Of a stretch of 64,000 nt of DNA, positions 1 to 10,302 are shown piece after piece. The stretch is taken from assembly GCA_963726745.1 (NCBI GenBank), contig CAVSDR010000005.1:64001-128000 (forward strand), given 5' to 3'. The first letter of the stretch is position 1. Every line of letters starts with the position of its first letter. This DNA comes from an uncultured Verrucomicrobiae bacterium. Its GTDB lineage: Bacteria; Verrucomicrobiota; Verrucomicrobiia; Chthoniobacterales; UBA10450. The translations under genes were made by a program, and so were the position numbers. A model generated the notes under the pieces. The model had not been told where the DNA came from and did no database searches. It saw only the letters and a list, made by a program, of their open reading frames with translations.

Positions 1-830
1 TCCGGACTCACCTGCATCCAGCGAGCGCGATTTATTGGATCGAGCCGAAGCTCTTCAAGATCGTGGCGCCTTATAAATTTCACGGCACGCCGGCGATCAC
101 CGCCGAGGGCGTGGTGCAATATCGCGGCGGGAAAAACACGCACCTCGCGCTCACCGTCGAGGCCCCGGGCGGGATGGATTACCTTTTTCTCGGGAAGACC
201 CTCTCGTTCGAGCGCGTGAAGGGCGACCTGCTGGTGACCGATGACCGCGTGCAGCTCGCGAAAATGGAAGGGACCCTCTTCGGTGGCACCGTGCGGGGCG
301 CAGCCGACATCTCGACCGCAGAGGGCGATCCGCATTACTCCGCCGAGGTCGCGCTCGAGGGAGTGAATTTTCCGCGGCTGACTGAGCTTTACTTCAAATA
401 CGAAACCTCGCAGGGCCAGCTCGCCGGCAATTATCGCTGGACTGGCTTGGGCGACGATGCCCGCACCATGCGCGGCACCGGCGACATCAAAGTGTCGAAC
501 GGCAACGTCTTTGCCATCCCGGTGCTCGGCCCCATCTCCGGCCTGGTCGCGGCCGTGATTCCGGGCGCCGGCTACAGCGTGGCCAAGCAAGCCACCGCCA
601 GTTTCACGATCAAGGAAGGAGTCATCCACACGGATGATTTCAAGGTTTCCGGCAAACTCTTCGGGCTCGTAGGCCACGGCGACATCCATTTCCTCGAGGA
701 CCGGCTCAACATGGACATCCGCATCCACGCCGGCGGCGCCGGGATTCTGCTCACCCCGGTCTATTCGCTCTTTGAATACAAAGGCGAAGGCAGCCTGGCG
801 AAGCCGAACTGGCACCCGAAAAATTTCTGA
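1..830 (+). CDS. AsmA-like C-terminal domain protein (5'-partial)
   Basis: Frame is open from position 3 through ORF 63..830. Beta-rich repeats and a C-terminus (ATASFTIKEGVIHTDDF...GHGDIHFLEDRLNMDI...GSLAKPNW) typical of AsmA/YhdP-like C-termini. Confidence 0.6.
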   Translation, partial: RTHLHPASAIYWIEPKLFKIVAPYKFHGTPAITAEGVVQYRGGKNTHLALTVEAPGGMDYLFLGKTLSFERVKGDLLVTDDRVQLAKMEGTLFGGTVRGAADISTAEGDPHYSAEVALEGVNFPRLTELYFKYETSQGQLAGNYRWTGLGDDARTMRGTGDIKVSNGNVFAIPVLGPISGLVAAVIPGAGYSVAKQATASFTIKEGVIHTDDFKVSGKLFGLVGHGDIHFLEDRLNMDIRIHAGGAGILLTPVYSLFEYKGEGSLAKPNWHPKNF

Positions 831-1684
831 TGGCGACGCATCTGCTCGGCGCGCACATGTCGATCGGTGGCGGATTGCACCGCGCAATCGAACGCGCTTG
901 CTCGATCGAGAGCACGGCGCTGCAGATTTTTGTGAAAAACAACATGCAGTGGTTTGCCCGGCCACTGGAGCGCGCGGAGATCAGCGCCTTTCGCGAGCAC
1001 GCGCAGCGCCGGCAGATCAGCGCGGCCTTCGCTCATGCGAACTACTTGATCAATCTCGCGGCGACCAATCCGCAATTTCACGCCAACTCGCTGCGCGCGC
1101 TGGCCGAGGAATTGATCCGCGCGGACCAGCTCGGTCTGCCGTTTCTCGTGCTCCACCCGGGCGCGCATCTCGGCGCGGGAGAGGAGGCGGGGCTGGCGCG
1201 AATTATTGCTTCGATCGACGCGGTGCACCAGGTGATCCCGAAGGTGAAAACCAAGATCGCGCTCGAGACGACTGCAGGGCAGGGCACGTGTTTAGGCGAC
1301 AAGTTCGAACACCTGGCAACGATCATCGAGCAAGTGCGCGCGCCGGAGCGGCTTTGCGTTTGCCTCGATACGGCGCATGTCTTCGAGGCCGGTTACGATC
1401 TTTCGAGCGAGGCGGGCACGCGAAAGACTTTCGCCGAGTTCGACCGCGTCGTCGGGCTCGAGCGGCTGGCGGCGTTGCACTTGAACGACAGCAAGACCGC
1501 GCGCGGCTCGCGCGTGGATCGGCACGAGCACATCGGGAAAGGGCAGATCGGGTTGCCGGCGTTTCGTTACCTCATGCGAAGCACGCGACTGCGGAAAATT
1601 CCGAAGGTGCTCGAGACGCCGAAGGGGAAGGAACTCCTCGAGGACGTGGCCAATCTGGCGACGCTGCGCGAGCTCGCGCGCTAG
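830..1684 (+). CDS. nfo: Endonuclease IV (AP endonuclease)
   Basis: LGAHMSIGGG, HANYLINL, HPGAH, ETTAGQG, CLDTAH, HLNDSK, DRHEHIGKG and ETP motifs. Confidence 0.95.
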   Translation: MATHLLGAHMSIGGGLHRAIERACSIESTALQIFVKNNMQWFARPLERAEISAFREHAQRRQISAAFAHANYLINLAATNPQFHANSLRALAEELIRADQLGLPFLVLHPGAHLGAGEEAGLARIIASIDAVHQVIPKVKTKIALETTAGQGTCLGDKFEHLATIIEQVRAPERLCVCLDTAHVFEAGYDLSSEAGTRKTFAEFDRVVGLERLAALHLNDSKTARGSRVDRHEHIGKGQIGLPAFRYLMRSTRLRKIPKVLETPKGKELLEDVANLATLRELAR

Positions 1685-1688
1685 GTCG

Positions 1689-2948
1689 TTAGGCTTTCAC
1701 GCGCTCGATGTGCGCGCCGAGCGCCCCGAGCTTTTCATCGAGATGCTCGTAGCCGCGGTCGATGTGATACACGCGGCTGATCTCGGTCGTGCCCTCGGCT
1801 TTCAAGCCGGCAAGCACGAGCGCAGCGGAAGCGCGCAGATCGCTCGCCATCACCGGCGCGCCGAAAAGTTTCTCCACGCCCTGGATGATCGCCGTGGGCC
1901 CCTCGATCTGCACGTGCGCGCCCATGCGCTTCATCTCCGCCAGGTGCATGTAGCGCTGCGGGAAAATGTTTTCCGTGATCACGCTGATCCCTTCGGTGGT
2001 CGCAAGCAGGGCGCACATCTGCGCCTGCATGTCGGTGGGAAATCCGGGATACGGCTCGGTCGTGAGTTCGAGTGGCTTGTGCGCGCCATTGGGCGTGACT
2101 GTGATCGACGACCCGTCGACGTCGATCTGGTAACCCGCTTCGGTCAACGCATGGGTCACGGCCGTGACATGCGTGGCATCCGCCCGCGTGACTGTGACGC
2201 CGGTCCCGCAAATCGCTCCGGCGACCAGAAAAGTGCCGGCCTCGATCCGGTCGGGAATGATGTCGTGCTCCGCGCCGTGGAGTTCCTTTACGCCTTCGAT
2301 GATCAAGCGCCGCGTGCCCGCGCCTTCGATCTTCGCGCCCATCTTGTTGAGGAAGTTGGCCAGGTCGACCACCTCCGGCTCGGAAGCGGCGCCTTCGATC
2401 ACCGTGGTGCCGTCGGCCAGGACCGCGGCCATCATCACGTTGTCTGTCCCGAGGACCGTGGGCCCAAATTTACCCAGCAAGTTCACCACCGCGCCTTTGA
2501 GCTGCGAGGTGAAGACCTTCACGTTGCCCGCTTCCACGCGCACTGCCGCACCGAGCGCCTCGAACCCGCGCAGGTGCAAGTCGACCGGGCGATCGCCAAT
2601 GACGCAGCCGCCCGGGAGCGAAACCGTCGCCTCGCGGCAACGCGCCAGCAGCGGCCCGAGCACGCAGACCGAAGCGCGCATTCGCCGGACGACATCGTAA
2701 GGGGCGAGCGACTCGACCTTCTCCGCCGTGACCGTGACCGTGCCGCTGGCCCGTTCCACCTGCGCCCCGAGATACATCAGGATCTGGAGCATGTAGTTCG
2801 TGTCGCTCAGGTCCGGCACGCGATGGAGCACGCACGGCTCACGCGTGAGCAGGGTCGCGGCAAGGATCGGCAGGGCCGAATTCTTCGAGCCGCTGACCCT
2901 GATCGAACCGGAAAGCGGCCGGCCGCCGTGAACGAGAATTTTATCCAT
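1689..2948 (-). CDS. murA: UDP-N-acetylglucosamine 1-carboxyvinyltransferase
   Basis: [61 protein letters not shown]. Confidence 0.97.
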   Translation of the reverse strand: MDKILVHGGRPLSGSIRVSGSKNSALPILAATLLTREPCVLHRVPDLSDTNYMLQILMYLGAQVERASGTVTVTAEKVESLAPYDVVRRMRASVCVLGPLLARCREATVSLPGGCVIGDRPVDLHLRGFEALGAAVRVEAGNVKVFTSQLKGAVVNLLGKFGPTVLGTDNVMMAAVLADGTTVIEGAASEPEVVDLANFLNKMGAKIEGAGTRRLIIEGVKELHGAEHDIIPDRIEAGTFLVAGAICGTGVTVTRADATHVTAVTHALTEAGYQIDVDGSSITVTPNGAHKPLELTTEPYPGFPTDMQAQMCALLATTEGISVITENIFPQRYMHLAEMKRMGAHVQIEGPTAIIQGVEKLFGAPVMASDLRASAALVLAGLKAEGTTEISRVYHIDRGYEHLDEKLGALGAHIERVKA

Positions 2949-3778
2949 GCCGTGCGAGGAGGAACCGTGTCACACCGGCATAGTCCTGTCGCTGCGAAAC
3001 GTCGTGGTAATTCCGCTCCGCGAGAAGGGCGGCCAGCGCCTCGGCCTGGCCCAGGCCGATCTCGAGCGCGAGCAGTCCGCCGGGCGCGAGGCGCTCCGGC
3101 GCGGCGGCGATCAAACGCCGGATGATCTCGTCGCCTGTTTCTCCGCCGAAGAGCGCCGTCTCCGGGTCGCGCAAAACCTCGCGGGCCAGGGTCGCGCGGT
3201 CGCCCAGCGGGATGTAAGGCAGGTTGGCCACGATCAAATCAAACGACGATTCGTTAGGCGGCAGGAGATCACCCTGGTGAAAACGGATGCGCTCGCCGAG
3301 CTCCAGTTTCGCGGCGTTGGCCCGCGCGAGCGCGAGCGCTTCCGCGGACAGATCGAGCGCATGCACCTCGGCCTCGGGAAATTTAGCCAGCAAGCTGAGC
3401 GCGATCACGCCGCTGCCGGTGCCGACATCGAGGATCTTCGACGGGGGCTTTTGGATGGTCGCTTGCAGCAGCTCGACCAGCTCCTCGGTCTCCGGCCGCG
3501 GGATCAGGGCGCGCCCGTCGGAAAGAAAAGTGTGCCCGCAAAACTCGACCGTGCCCAGCAAGATGCTGAAGCGGTTCGCCCTGACCGCGGCGCCGGACGA
3601 GATCGCGCAGCGGCACCAACTCTGCCTCGGTAAGGTTGCGCTCAAAGGCGACGTAAAGCTCGATCCGCTTCAAGCCTAACGAGTGCGCCAGGAGATGCTC
3701 GGCATTCAGGCGCGCGCTCTCCACGCCGCGCTTCTTGAAGTAAGCCGTGGTGGTTTGGAGGAGCTCGAGGACGGTCAT
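2941..3778 (-). CDS. prmC: Release factor glutamine methyltransferase (frameshift near 3560)
   Basis: N-terminal part MTVLELL...[12 protein letters not shown] is in one frame and LGTVEF...[24 protein letters not shown] in another. Lies downstream of prfA. Confidence 0.9.
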
Positions 3779-3803
3779 CCGGCGCGCGACTGTAGCGCCG
3801 ATG

Positions 3804-4730
3804 CTACCCCGCAGCGACCGCGGCTTCGCGCCGGCGCGGAATCCCGAGGCTGTCGAAGATCGTGCGCGTCGCGTCCGAGCGATTGAGCGTGTAAAAATGG
3901 ATCCCGGCCACGTGGTTATCCAGGAGGTCGTGGCATTGCTCGAGCGCGAAGTGCACCCCCACACGCTCGACCATTCGGCGGTCGTCGCCGCAGCGCTGGA
4001 GCGCGCGCAGGAGCTTGGCCGGGAAACGCGAGCCGCCCGCGAGCTCCGCGATTCGGCGGCAGCCGCTCATCGAGGTGATCGGCATGATCCCGGCCACGAT
4101 CGGAATGCGAATGCCGGCAAGGTCGCAGCGTTCGCGGAAATCGTAGAAGTCGCGGTTATCGAAGAAGAGCTGGGTGACAATGTAATCCGCGCCCGCCTCG
4201 ACCTTCGCCTTCAGGTGATCCATTTCCACGAGGCGATTCGGCGTGCCCGGATGTCCCTCGGGGAAGCCGGCCACGCCGATGCCGAAACCGCGCGCGTCGG
4301 GGTGCGCGCCGCTCTCGTTGAACTGGCGAATGAATTTCACCAGGTCGACCGCGTGCTGGAAGAAATCCTGGTCGCGCCGATAGCCAGCGAGATCACGCGG
4401 CGGATCGCCGCCGAGCGCGAGGATGTTGCCGATGCGGTTCTTCGCGTAGCGCTGGAGAATGCCGTCTACTTCCTCCTGCTGGTGGCAAACGCAGGTGAGA
4501 TGCGGGATCGGGTCGAGCTTGGTCGTCGTCTGGATGCGCTCGACCAGGTCGTGCGTCAGGTCGCGGGTGGAGCCGCCGGCGCCGTAGGTCACGCTGACGA
4601 AGTCCGGCATGTATTCCTCGAGCTCGCGGATCGTCTGGTAAAGGCTCTCCGCGGCCTCGGCGGTTTTTGGCGGAAAGAATTCGAAGGAAAACGTCGGCGA
4701 ATCCTTCCGCATGATCTCGGTGATGTGCAT
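3804..4730 (-). CDS. metF: 5,10-methylenetetrahydrofolate reductase
   Basis: [55 protein letters not shown]. Confidence 0.95.
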   Translation of the reverse strand: MHITEIMRKDSPTFSFEFFPPKTAEAAESLYQTIRELEEYMPDFVSVTYGAGGSTRDLTHDLVERIQTTTKLDPIPHLTCVCHQQEEVDGILQRYAKNRIGNILALGGDPPRDLAGYRRDQDFFQHAVDLVKFIRQFNESGAHPDARGFGIGVAGFPEGHPGTPNRLVEMDHLKAKVEAGADYIVTQLFFDNRDFYDFRERCDLAGIRIPIVAGIMPITSMSGCRRIAELAGGSRFPAKLLRALQRCGDDRRMVERVGVHFALEQCHDLLDNHVAGIHFYTLNRSDATRTIFDSLGIPRRREAAVAAG

Positions 4731-4765
4731 CGCGGGAGGATCCTAGCAAAGACGACGCGGTGCCG

Positions 4766-5845
4766 TCACGCGGTCAGCTCTGTCTCTTTCAAGCGCTCTT
4801 GCAACTCCGCTTCCTGGAGCGCGCCCATCATCTCGGCGAGCTCGCCTTCCACGAAGCGGTCGAGGTTATAAAGCGTCAGGCCGATGCGGTGATCGGTCAC
4901 CCGGTTCTGCGGGAAATTGTAGGTGCGGATTTTCTCCTCGCGACCGCCGGAGCCGATTTGGTTTTTCCGGTGCGCGGAATACTTCGCCTCTTCCTCGCGC
5001 TGCTTATCCTCGAGCAGGCGCGCGCGCATGATGCTGAGCGCTTTTTCCTTGTTCTTCTGCTGGCTGCGTCCGTCCTGGCAACGCACGATCCGGCCAGTCG
5101 GGATGTGCATCACCTGCACCGCGGAGTCGGTCGTGTTCACGCCTTGGCCACCGGGACCGCCCGCGCGGCAAACTTCAATCCGGAGGTCTTCCGGCTTCAG
5201 GTCGATGTCGACATCCTCGGCTTCCGGGAGGACCGCGACCGTCGCGGTGGAAGTGTGGATGCGGCCCTGCGCCTCGGTCGCGGGCACGCGCTGCACGCGA
5301 TGAACGCCGCTCTCGAACTTCAGTTTCCGGAAAACACTTTCGCCGGAGACCTTGAAGATCGCCTCGCGCAAGCCGCCAAGCTCCGACGGGCTGGACTCGA
5401 GGTCTTCGATCGTCAGGCCCGCAGTCTCGGCAAAGCGGTGATACATCCGCCAAAGATCGGCCGCGAAGATCGCCGCTTCGCTTCCGCCGGTGCCGGCGCG
5501 GATTTCGATGATGGCGTCGCGGTTTTCGTTCTCGTCCGGCGGGAGGAGCGCCACCTGGATGTCGCGCTCTAAATCAGCCAGCCGCTTCTCCAGCGCGGGA
5601 ATTTCTTCCTGCGCCATCTCGGCCATTTCGGGGTCGCCAGCGGAGGCGAGCTCGCGGTTTTCCGCGAGTTGCTTGCGGGTGTTTTGGAAGTCATCCGCGA
5701 GCGCCAGGAGTTGCTTCGAGCTGGCGTGCTCGCGCATGATCTCGCTCGCGCGCTTCCGGTTCTCGAAGAGCGTGGGGTCGGCGATCTCGCGCTCCAGTTC
5801 GGCAAAGCGCTCGCGTTTCCGGGAGATCAATCCTTCGAAGTCCAT
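4766..5845 (-). CDS. prfA: Peptide chain release factor 1
   Basis: EIRAGTGG, ESGVHRVQRVPATE (PxT specificity motif), GGQ, IRTYNFPQNRVTDHRI. Confidence 0.97.
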   Translation of the reverse strand: MDFEGLISRKRERFAELEREIADPTLFENRKRASEIMREHASSKQLLALADDFQNTRKQLAENRELASAGDPEMAEMAQEEIPALEKRLADLERDIQVALLPPDENENRDAIIEIRAGTGGSEAAIFAADLWRMYHRFAETAGLTIEDLESSPSELGGLREAIFKVSGESVFRKLKFESGVHRVQRVPATEAQGRIHTSTATVAVLPEAEDVDIDLKPEDLRIEVCRAGGPGGQGVNTTDSAVQVMHIPTGRIVRCQDGRSQQKNKEKALSIMRARLLEDKQREEEAKYSAHRKNQIGSGGREEKIRTYNFPQNRVTDHRIGLTLYNLDRFVEGELAEMMGALQEAELQERLKETELTA

Positions 5846-5873
5846 GGCGTTTTAGGCAGCGAGATCAGTACAC

Positions 5874-5902
5874 AAAAACGCGGCAGTCGTGGGACCGCCG
5901 CG
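5874..5902 (-). terminator. Rho-independent terminator/attenuator between rpmE and prfA
   Basis: Minus strand reads CGCGGCGGTC-CCAC-GACTGCCGCG followed by TTTTT. Confidence 0.7.
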
Positions 5903-5916
5903 CCAATGTGGAAAAG

Positions 5917-6141
5917 CTACTTCTTGGCGACGCGCGTCGCCTTGGTGCTGCCGTAGCGGCGCGCAAATTTTTCCACGCGGCCGGCGGTGTCGACGAACTT
6001 TTGCTCGCCGGTAAAGAAAGGATGGCAAGCGGCGCAGATGCCGATCTTGATGTCCTGCTTGGTGGAACGGGTGTGATAGACAGTCCCGCAGGCGCAGGCA
6101 ATCTCGGTCTCGCGATAATCAGGATGAATGTCCGTTTTCAT
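5917..6141 (-). CDS. rpmE: 50S ribosomal protein L31 (Zn-ribbon type)
   Basis: MKTDIHPDY, CACG, CAACHPFFTGEQKFVDTAGRVEKF. Confidence 0.97.
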   Translation of the reverse strand: MKTDIHPDYRETEIACACGTVYHTRSTKQDIKIGICAACHPFFTGEQKFVDTAGRVEKFARRYGSTKATRVAKK

Positions 6142-6159
6142 GGGAAAATTTGAGTCCGC

Positions 6160-6187
6160 AACCTAGCTTCCCTTCGTCGCGGTGCAA
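6160..6187 (-). promoter_or_regulatory. Possible sigma70 promoter of the rpmE operon
   Basis: TTGCAC-16 nt-TAGGTT on the minus strand, about 20 nt upstream of the rpmE ATG. Confidence 0.3.
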
Positions 6188-6214
6188 GGTCGAATGCGCT
6201 ACCGTGCCGCCGCC

Positions 6215-7591
6215 ATGAACGGAAGCGATGCTGATCCTCTCCTGGAACGCTGGGCCGCGGTTTGCGCCCGGCGCGCAGGGGAAGCGGCGATCCTCGGAAC
6301 TGGCGGCGAGACCGTGCGGACGTTTGCGGAGATCGAGGCGGAAGCGGCGGATTTTGCCAGCGGGCTCTTGGGCGGGCTTGAGCCGGGCGCCGTGCTCGCG
6401 GTGCAGACCGGGAATCATCCTGCGTGGCCGGCGCTTCTGCTGGCGTCGCTCCGGCGCGGGCTGGTTTTTCTCCCGCTCGAGCGCTCGATCTCGGCCGCGG
6501 AACTGGCTGCGGCCTGCGCGGTTTGCCAGGCGGCGGCGGTTTTAGACAGCAACTTGTGCCTAACGAGTCGTGCGGCGGAGCCGATCGTCTGGGAGGGCCC
6601 AAAGCCAGTGCTCCTGAAGCTGACCTCGGGCACGACCGCGGCGCCGCGCGCGATCCGATTCCGCAGCGCGCAATTGCTGGCCGATGCCGACCAGATCTGC
6701 GCGACCATGGGGATTACCGAGCGCGACCGGAATTTCGGGGTGATCCCGGTTTCGCACTCCTACGGCTTGAGCAATTTGATCACGCCGCTCCTGGCGCATG
6801 GCGTGCCGCTGGTCCTGAGCAACGACCGGATGCCGCGCGCCGTCCTCGCCGATCTCGCCCGCAGCGGCGCGACCGTGTTTGCCGGCATGCCGGTGTTTTA
6901 CCAGGCGTTTTGCGAACTCGATGCCGTGCCGCCGCTGCGCCTATGCCTTTCGGCGGGCGCGCCGCTGCCGTTGCCGGTGGCGCGAAAATTCCAGGAGAAG
7001 TTCGGGCTCGCGATCCACTCGTTCTACGGTTCGTCGGAATGCGGCGGGATTTGTTACGACCGCACGGCGGCGCTGGAGGAGGCAGGATTTGTCGGCGCGC
7101 CGATGAGTGGCGTGGAGCTGGAGTTGCTCGAACCGCTGGCGGAAATGAGCCGCGTCCGCGTGCATTCGGCCGCGGCAGGCGATGGCTATTTTCCCGAGCC
7201 GGAGCCGGAGAAACTCGGCGGCGGCTGCTTCGCGCCGGACGATCTCCTGGCCCCTTGCGGCGATGGCTTCCGGATCGCCGGCCGCGTTTCCGACGTGATC
7301 AATGTTGCCGGCAAAAAAGTGAACCCGGCAGAAGTGGAAGCCACGCTGCTGGCCGCGCCCGGGGTGCGTGCGGCGGTCGTCTTCGGGCGGGTTTCGCAGT
7401 TGCGGAATGAGGAGGTGGCCGCTTGCGTGGTCGCGGCGGACGGAGTGGAAGCGCGGGCGCTGCTGGAGTTTTGCCGCACGCGCCTAAGCGGCTGGCAGGT
7501 GCCGAAGCGGATCTTCTTCCTCCCGGAAATGCCGGTGACGGAGCGTGGCAAGATTAGCCGACGCGCTCTGGCGGCTCGCTTTGCTGCGTGA
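6215..7591 (+). CDS. Class I adenylate-forming enzyme (acyl-CoA synthetase family)
   Basis: LTSGTTAAPR P-loop, FYGSSECG, GRVSDVINVAGKKVNPAEVE, C-terminal PVTERGK. Confidence 0.85.
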   Translation: MNGSDADPLLERWAAVCARRAGEAAILGTGGETVRTFAEIEAEAADFASGLLGGLEPGAVLAVQTGNHPAWPALLLASLRRGLVFLPLERSISAAELAAACAVCQAAAVLDSNLCLTSRAAEPIVWEGPKPVLLKLTSGTTAAPRAIRFRSAQLLADADQICATMGITERDRNFGVIPVSHSYGLSNLITPLLAHGVPLVLSNDRMPRAVLADLARSGATVFAGMPVFYQAFCELDAVPPLRLCLSAGAPLPLPVARKFQEKFGLAIHSFYGSSECGGICYDRTAALEEAGFVGAPMSGVELELLEPLAEMSRVRVHSAAAGDGYFPEPEPEKLGGGCFAPDDLLAPCGDGFRIAGRVSDVINVAGKKVNPAEVEATLLAAPGVRAAVVFGRVSQLRNEEVAACVVAADGVEARALLEFCRTRLSGWQVPKRIFFLPEMPVTERGKISRRALAARFAA

Positions 7592-7655
7592 GAAAACATG
7601 CGCCCATTTGCGCGCGAGTTTGCGAATAGGAGGAAACGAAAGGAAACCAAAAACC

Positions 7656-7778
7656 ATGCGAACCATTCTTGTAGCTCTTGTCGGTGCAGTCGTGATCCTC
7701 GGCGGTTTGAGCGCCTGCTCGACCACCGTGCGGACGGATAACGGCCATGCCGTGACCACGGGCGTCCACACCCGTTAG
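7656..7778 (+). CDS. Small lipoprotein (40 aa)
   Basis: MRTILVALVGAVVILGGLSAC, with lipobox LSA-C. Purine-rich leader upstream and a terminator downstream. Confidence 0.7.
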   Translation: MRTILVALVGAVVILGGLSACSTTVRTDNGHAVTTGVHTR

Positions 7779-7790
7779 GCCTCGATTCCA

Positions 7791-7836
7791 CGGCGCGGCG
7801 GTTGGTTGCCGAAACCAGCCGCCGCGCTGTTCTTTT
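7791..7836 (+). terminator. Rho-independent terminator
   Basis: CGGCGCGGCGGTTGGTT-loop-AACCAGCCGCCGCGCTG followed by TTCTTTT. Confidence 0.7.
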
Positions 7837-7965
7837 CCCCCTCGGCCTGCGGTCCGGGCGCCCGTCCCGCCACAGGCAAAAAAGGCTTTTCATTTGCAAA
7901 GAAGCGGGCATGTCTAAGCACACGAGCGCCCGGCTGCTGGCCGTGGGCGTTGCTCGACCCATCTT

Positions 7966-10278
7966 GTGAACGAAACGACGTCGCCGCCTTCATCCGCATC
8001 CGAAACCCAGAGGAGAGTCCTCGTCCTCGCGCCCGACGAGCACCTGGCCACGGCCATCGTGAATGCGCTGCGCGAAGCCGCACCCGGCGCCACGGTCGAC
8101 CTGGCGCACAGCCTGGAGGAAGCGCAGCAGTTGGTGGTGCACCAGCGCCCGAATCTCTTCGTGCTCGATGTGGATGCGACCTACGACCTCGGGCAGGAAT
8201 TCCTCTACGATTTGCGCACGAGCCATCCGAACGCGCGTGCCATCGTGTTGACGGCAGTGCATTTGGCGGCGCATCGCGAGCAGGCGGCCGGACTGGGCGC
8301 GATCCACTTTCTCGAGAAGCCGTTTCCGCATGGCGACTTCGTGACCTTGGTCGAGGCGTTGCTCCTCCCCGGCGCCGATGAAGACCAGCGCTTCCAGGGG
8401 AAGCTGAGCGATCTCCACATTGCCGACATCGTGCAGCTCAAGTGCATGAGCGGCGCGACCAGCGTGCTCGAATTCACCGGGCCGAAAGGCGAGAAGGCGC
8501 GGATCTTTTTCGATCACGGCCAGGTGCGGCACGCGATCGCGCCGGGGAAGGAAGGCGTTGATGCCTTCAACGAGATCGTGAACTGGAAGGGCGGGATGAT
8601 CTCGGAAGTCGCCGGCGCCGGCCAGAGCCCGCGCACGATTGATCTCGATTGGCAGGTGCTCCTGATGGAAGCAGTGCGCAAGATCGATGAAGACCGCGGC
8701 GCGAGCGCGGCAGCCACGGCCAACGCCGGCGCGCCTCCGGCGCAACGCAAAGTCCTGGTGATCGACGACAGCGTGATGCTGCTGAATTTCGTCAAAGAAA
8801 TCCTGGCCGAGGCGAATTACGACGTCGCCGCTGCAGCCACGGCCGAGGAAGGTCTGCGCGCCGCGGGGGAGAACGTGCCGGAGTTGATCCTGCTCGATTA
8901 CGTCCTGCCGGACATGCGCGGCGACGAAGTGCTCAGCCGCCTGGAAGGCGAAAGCGCGACTGCGAAAGTGCCGGTTGTTTATATGTCGGGATTCGGCGCC
9001 GATCTGCCGTCCGATCCGCGGCAGCACGCGAACGTGATCGGTTCCTTGAACAAGCCTTTTACCTCCGAGTTGCTCCTGAAAACGGTCGAGAGCCACATGC
9101 CCGCAGCGACGTCCGCGCCTGCGGCAGAGCCGGAAGCAGCACCGGTGGACGAAGCAGCGCCGGCTGCGAACGATTGGAACACCGGCAGCAACTGGCAACC
9201 GGAAGCGACGGCCGAACCGCCATCGGAATTCCAGCCCCAGCCCGAGCCTGAAGCGGAGCCCATGTCCGAACCGGTTTCCGAAACCACGACCGAGACGGAA
9301 AACATCGCCGCCAGTGCCGGAGGGGAAAGCAACGCGTGGTGGAACACGCCGTCGGCGGCACCGTCCTGGGCGCCGGCCGCGCCCGAAGTTTCTGCGGTGA
9401 GTTTCGAGCATCCGCCGGAAGAAACGCCTGCGCCTTTCGCGGCGGCGAGTCCAGCCAGCGAGATGGAAAATTTTGTCGAGGACGAGAGCGCGACCACGAG
9501 CGGCAACGCCTTCTTCTCCGGCGACACCAGTTTCTTCTCATTGAACTGGGCGCTGCACGCGATCGCCGATCAAAAATTAACCGGCACTTTGCGCGCCTTT
9601 TGGGACAAGGCGCCGGTGGAATTGCTGGCGCGCGACGGCCGCATCCTGCTCGTGACCACGCGCGACCCGGAGCTCTATTGCCCGGAAGCGCCGATCACCC
9701 TGGTGAATCTCGAGGAGGAAAAAACCGCCGAGGCCCGCGAGCAGCAACGCCAGACCGGGCGCCCGCTTTTCATCACCCTGGCGCAACAGGACCTGATCCT
9801 GCGCGAGCCGGCGATCCAACTGGTGCAGCATTACGGGCAAAAACTTTTCGCGCAGCTCTGGAGCGCGCCCCGGGCCCGCTTTGTCTTTGAGCAGAGCGAC
9901 GACCTGCCCGCTTACGTGAGCGAGGTGCCGGCGGAAGAGGACGTGGATCATTGGGCGCTGAGCACGCTCCGTTTTATCCAGCACAATGAACTGGGCCGGA
10001 AAGTGGACTACGATCCGGGCTCGATCCCGGCCTATACGAAGACCGGCTTCGAGCGCGTCCAGCGCCTGCGGCTGACGGTCGCGGAAGCGCAGTTCGCCTC
10101 GCAGTTCAACGGCGTCCGCTCGATCGCGCAGATCGCGAAAAATCTCCGGCTCGACCTGAAGTTTGCCCGCCTCACGCTCTTCCGTTTCCTCGCGCTCGAA
10201 ATCGTTGACTGCTGGCCGGCGACGGCGGGCGTGAAGCCGGAAAAGCGCGGTGTCTTCGGGCGACTTTTCGGCGAGTAG
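7966..10278 (+). CDS. Multi-domain response regulator: REC, DUF4388/PATAN-like, REC, Pro/acidic linker, DUF4388-like
   Basis: Two receiver domains (LFVLDVD...FLEKPF; VLVIDDS...LILLDYVLPDMRG...LNKPF) and FQGKLSDLHIADIVQL typical of DUF4388. GTG start. Confidence 0.75.
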   Translation: MNETTSPPSSASETQRRVLVLAPDEHLATAIVNALREAAPGATVDLAHSLEEAQQLVVHQRPNLFVLDVDATYDLGQEFLYDLRTSHPNARAIVLTAVHLAAHREQAAGLGAIHFLEKPFPHGDFVTLVEALLLPGADEDQRFQGKLSDLHIADIVQLKCMSGATSVLEFTGPKGEKARIFFDHGQVRHAIAPGKEGVDAFNEIVNWKGGMISEVAGAGQSPRTIDLDWQVLLMEAVRKIDEDRGASAAATANAGAPPAQRKVLVIDDSVMLLNFVKEILAEANYDVAAAATAEEGLRAAGENVPELILLDYVLPDMRGDEVLSRLEGESATAKVPVVYMSGFGADLPSDPRQHANVIGSLNKPFTSELLLKTVESHMPAATSAPAAEPEAAPVDEAAPAANDWNTGSNWQPEATAEPPSEFQPQPEPEAEPMSEPVSETTTETENIAASAGGESNAWWNTPSAAPSWAPAAPEVSAVSFEHPPEETPAPFAAASPASEMENFVEDESATTSGNAFFSGDTSFFSLNWALHAIADQKLTGTLRAFWDKAPVELLARDGRILLVTTRDPELYCPEAPITLVNLEEEKTAEAREQQRQTGRPLFITLAQQDLILREPAIQLVQHYGQKLFAQLWSAPRARFVFEQSDDLPAYVSEVPAEEDVDHWALSTLRFIQHNELGRKVDYDPGSIPAYTKTGFERVQRLRLTVAEAQFASQFNGVRSIAQIAKNLRLDLKFARLTLFRFLALEIVDCWPATAGVKPEKRGVFGRLFGE

Positions 10279-10302
10279 TATCACCGGCCCTCTTGCCGCG
10301 CG

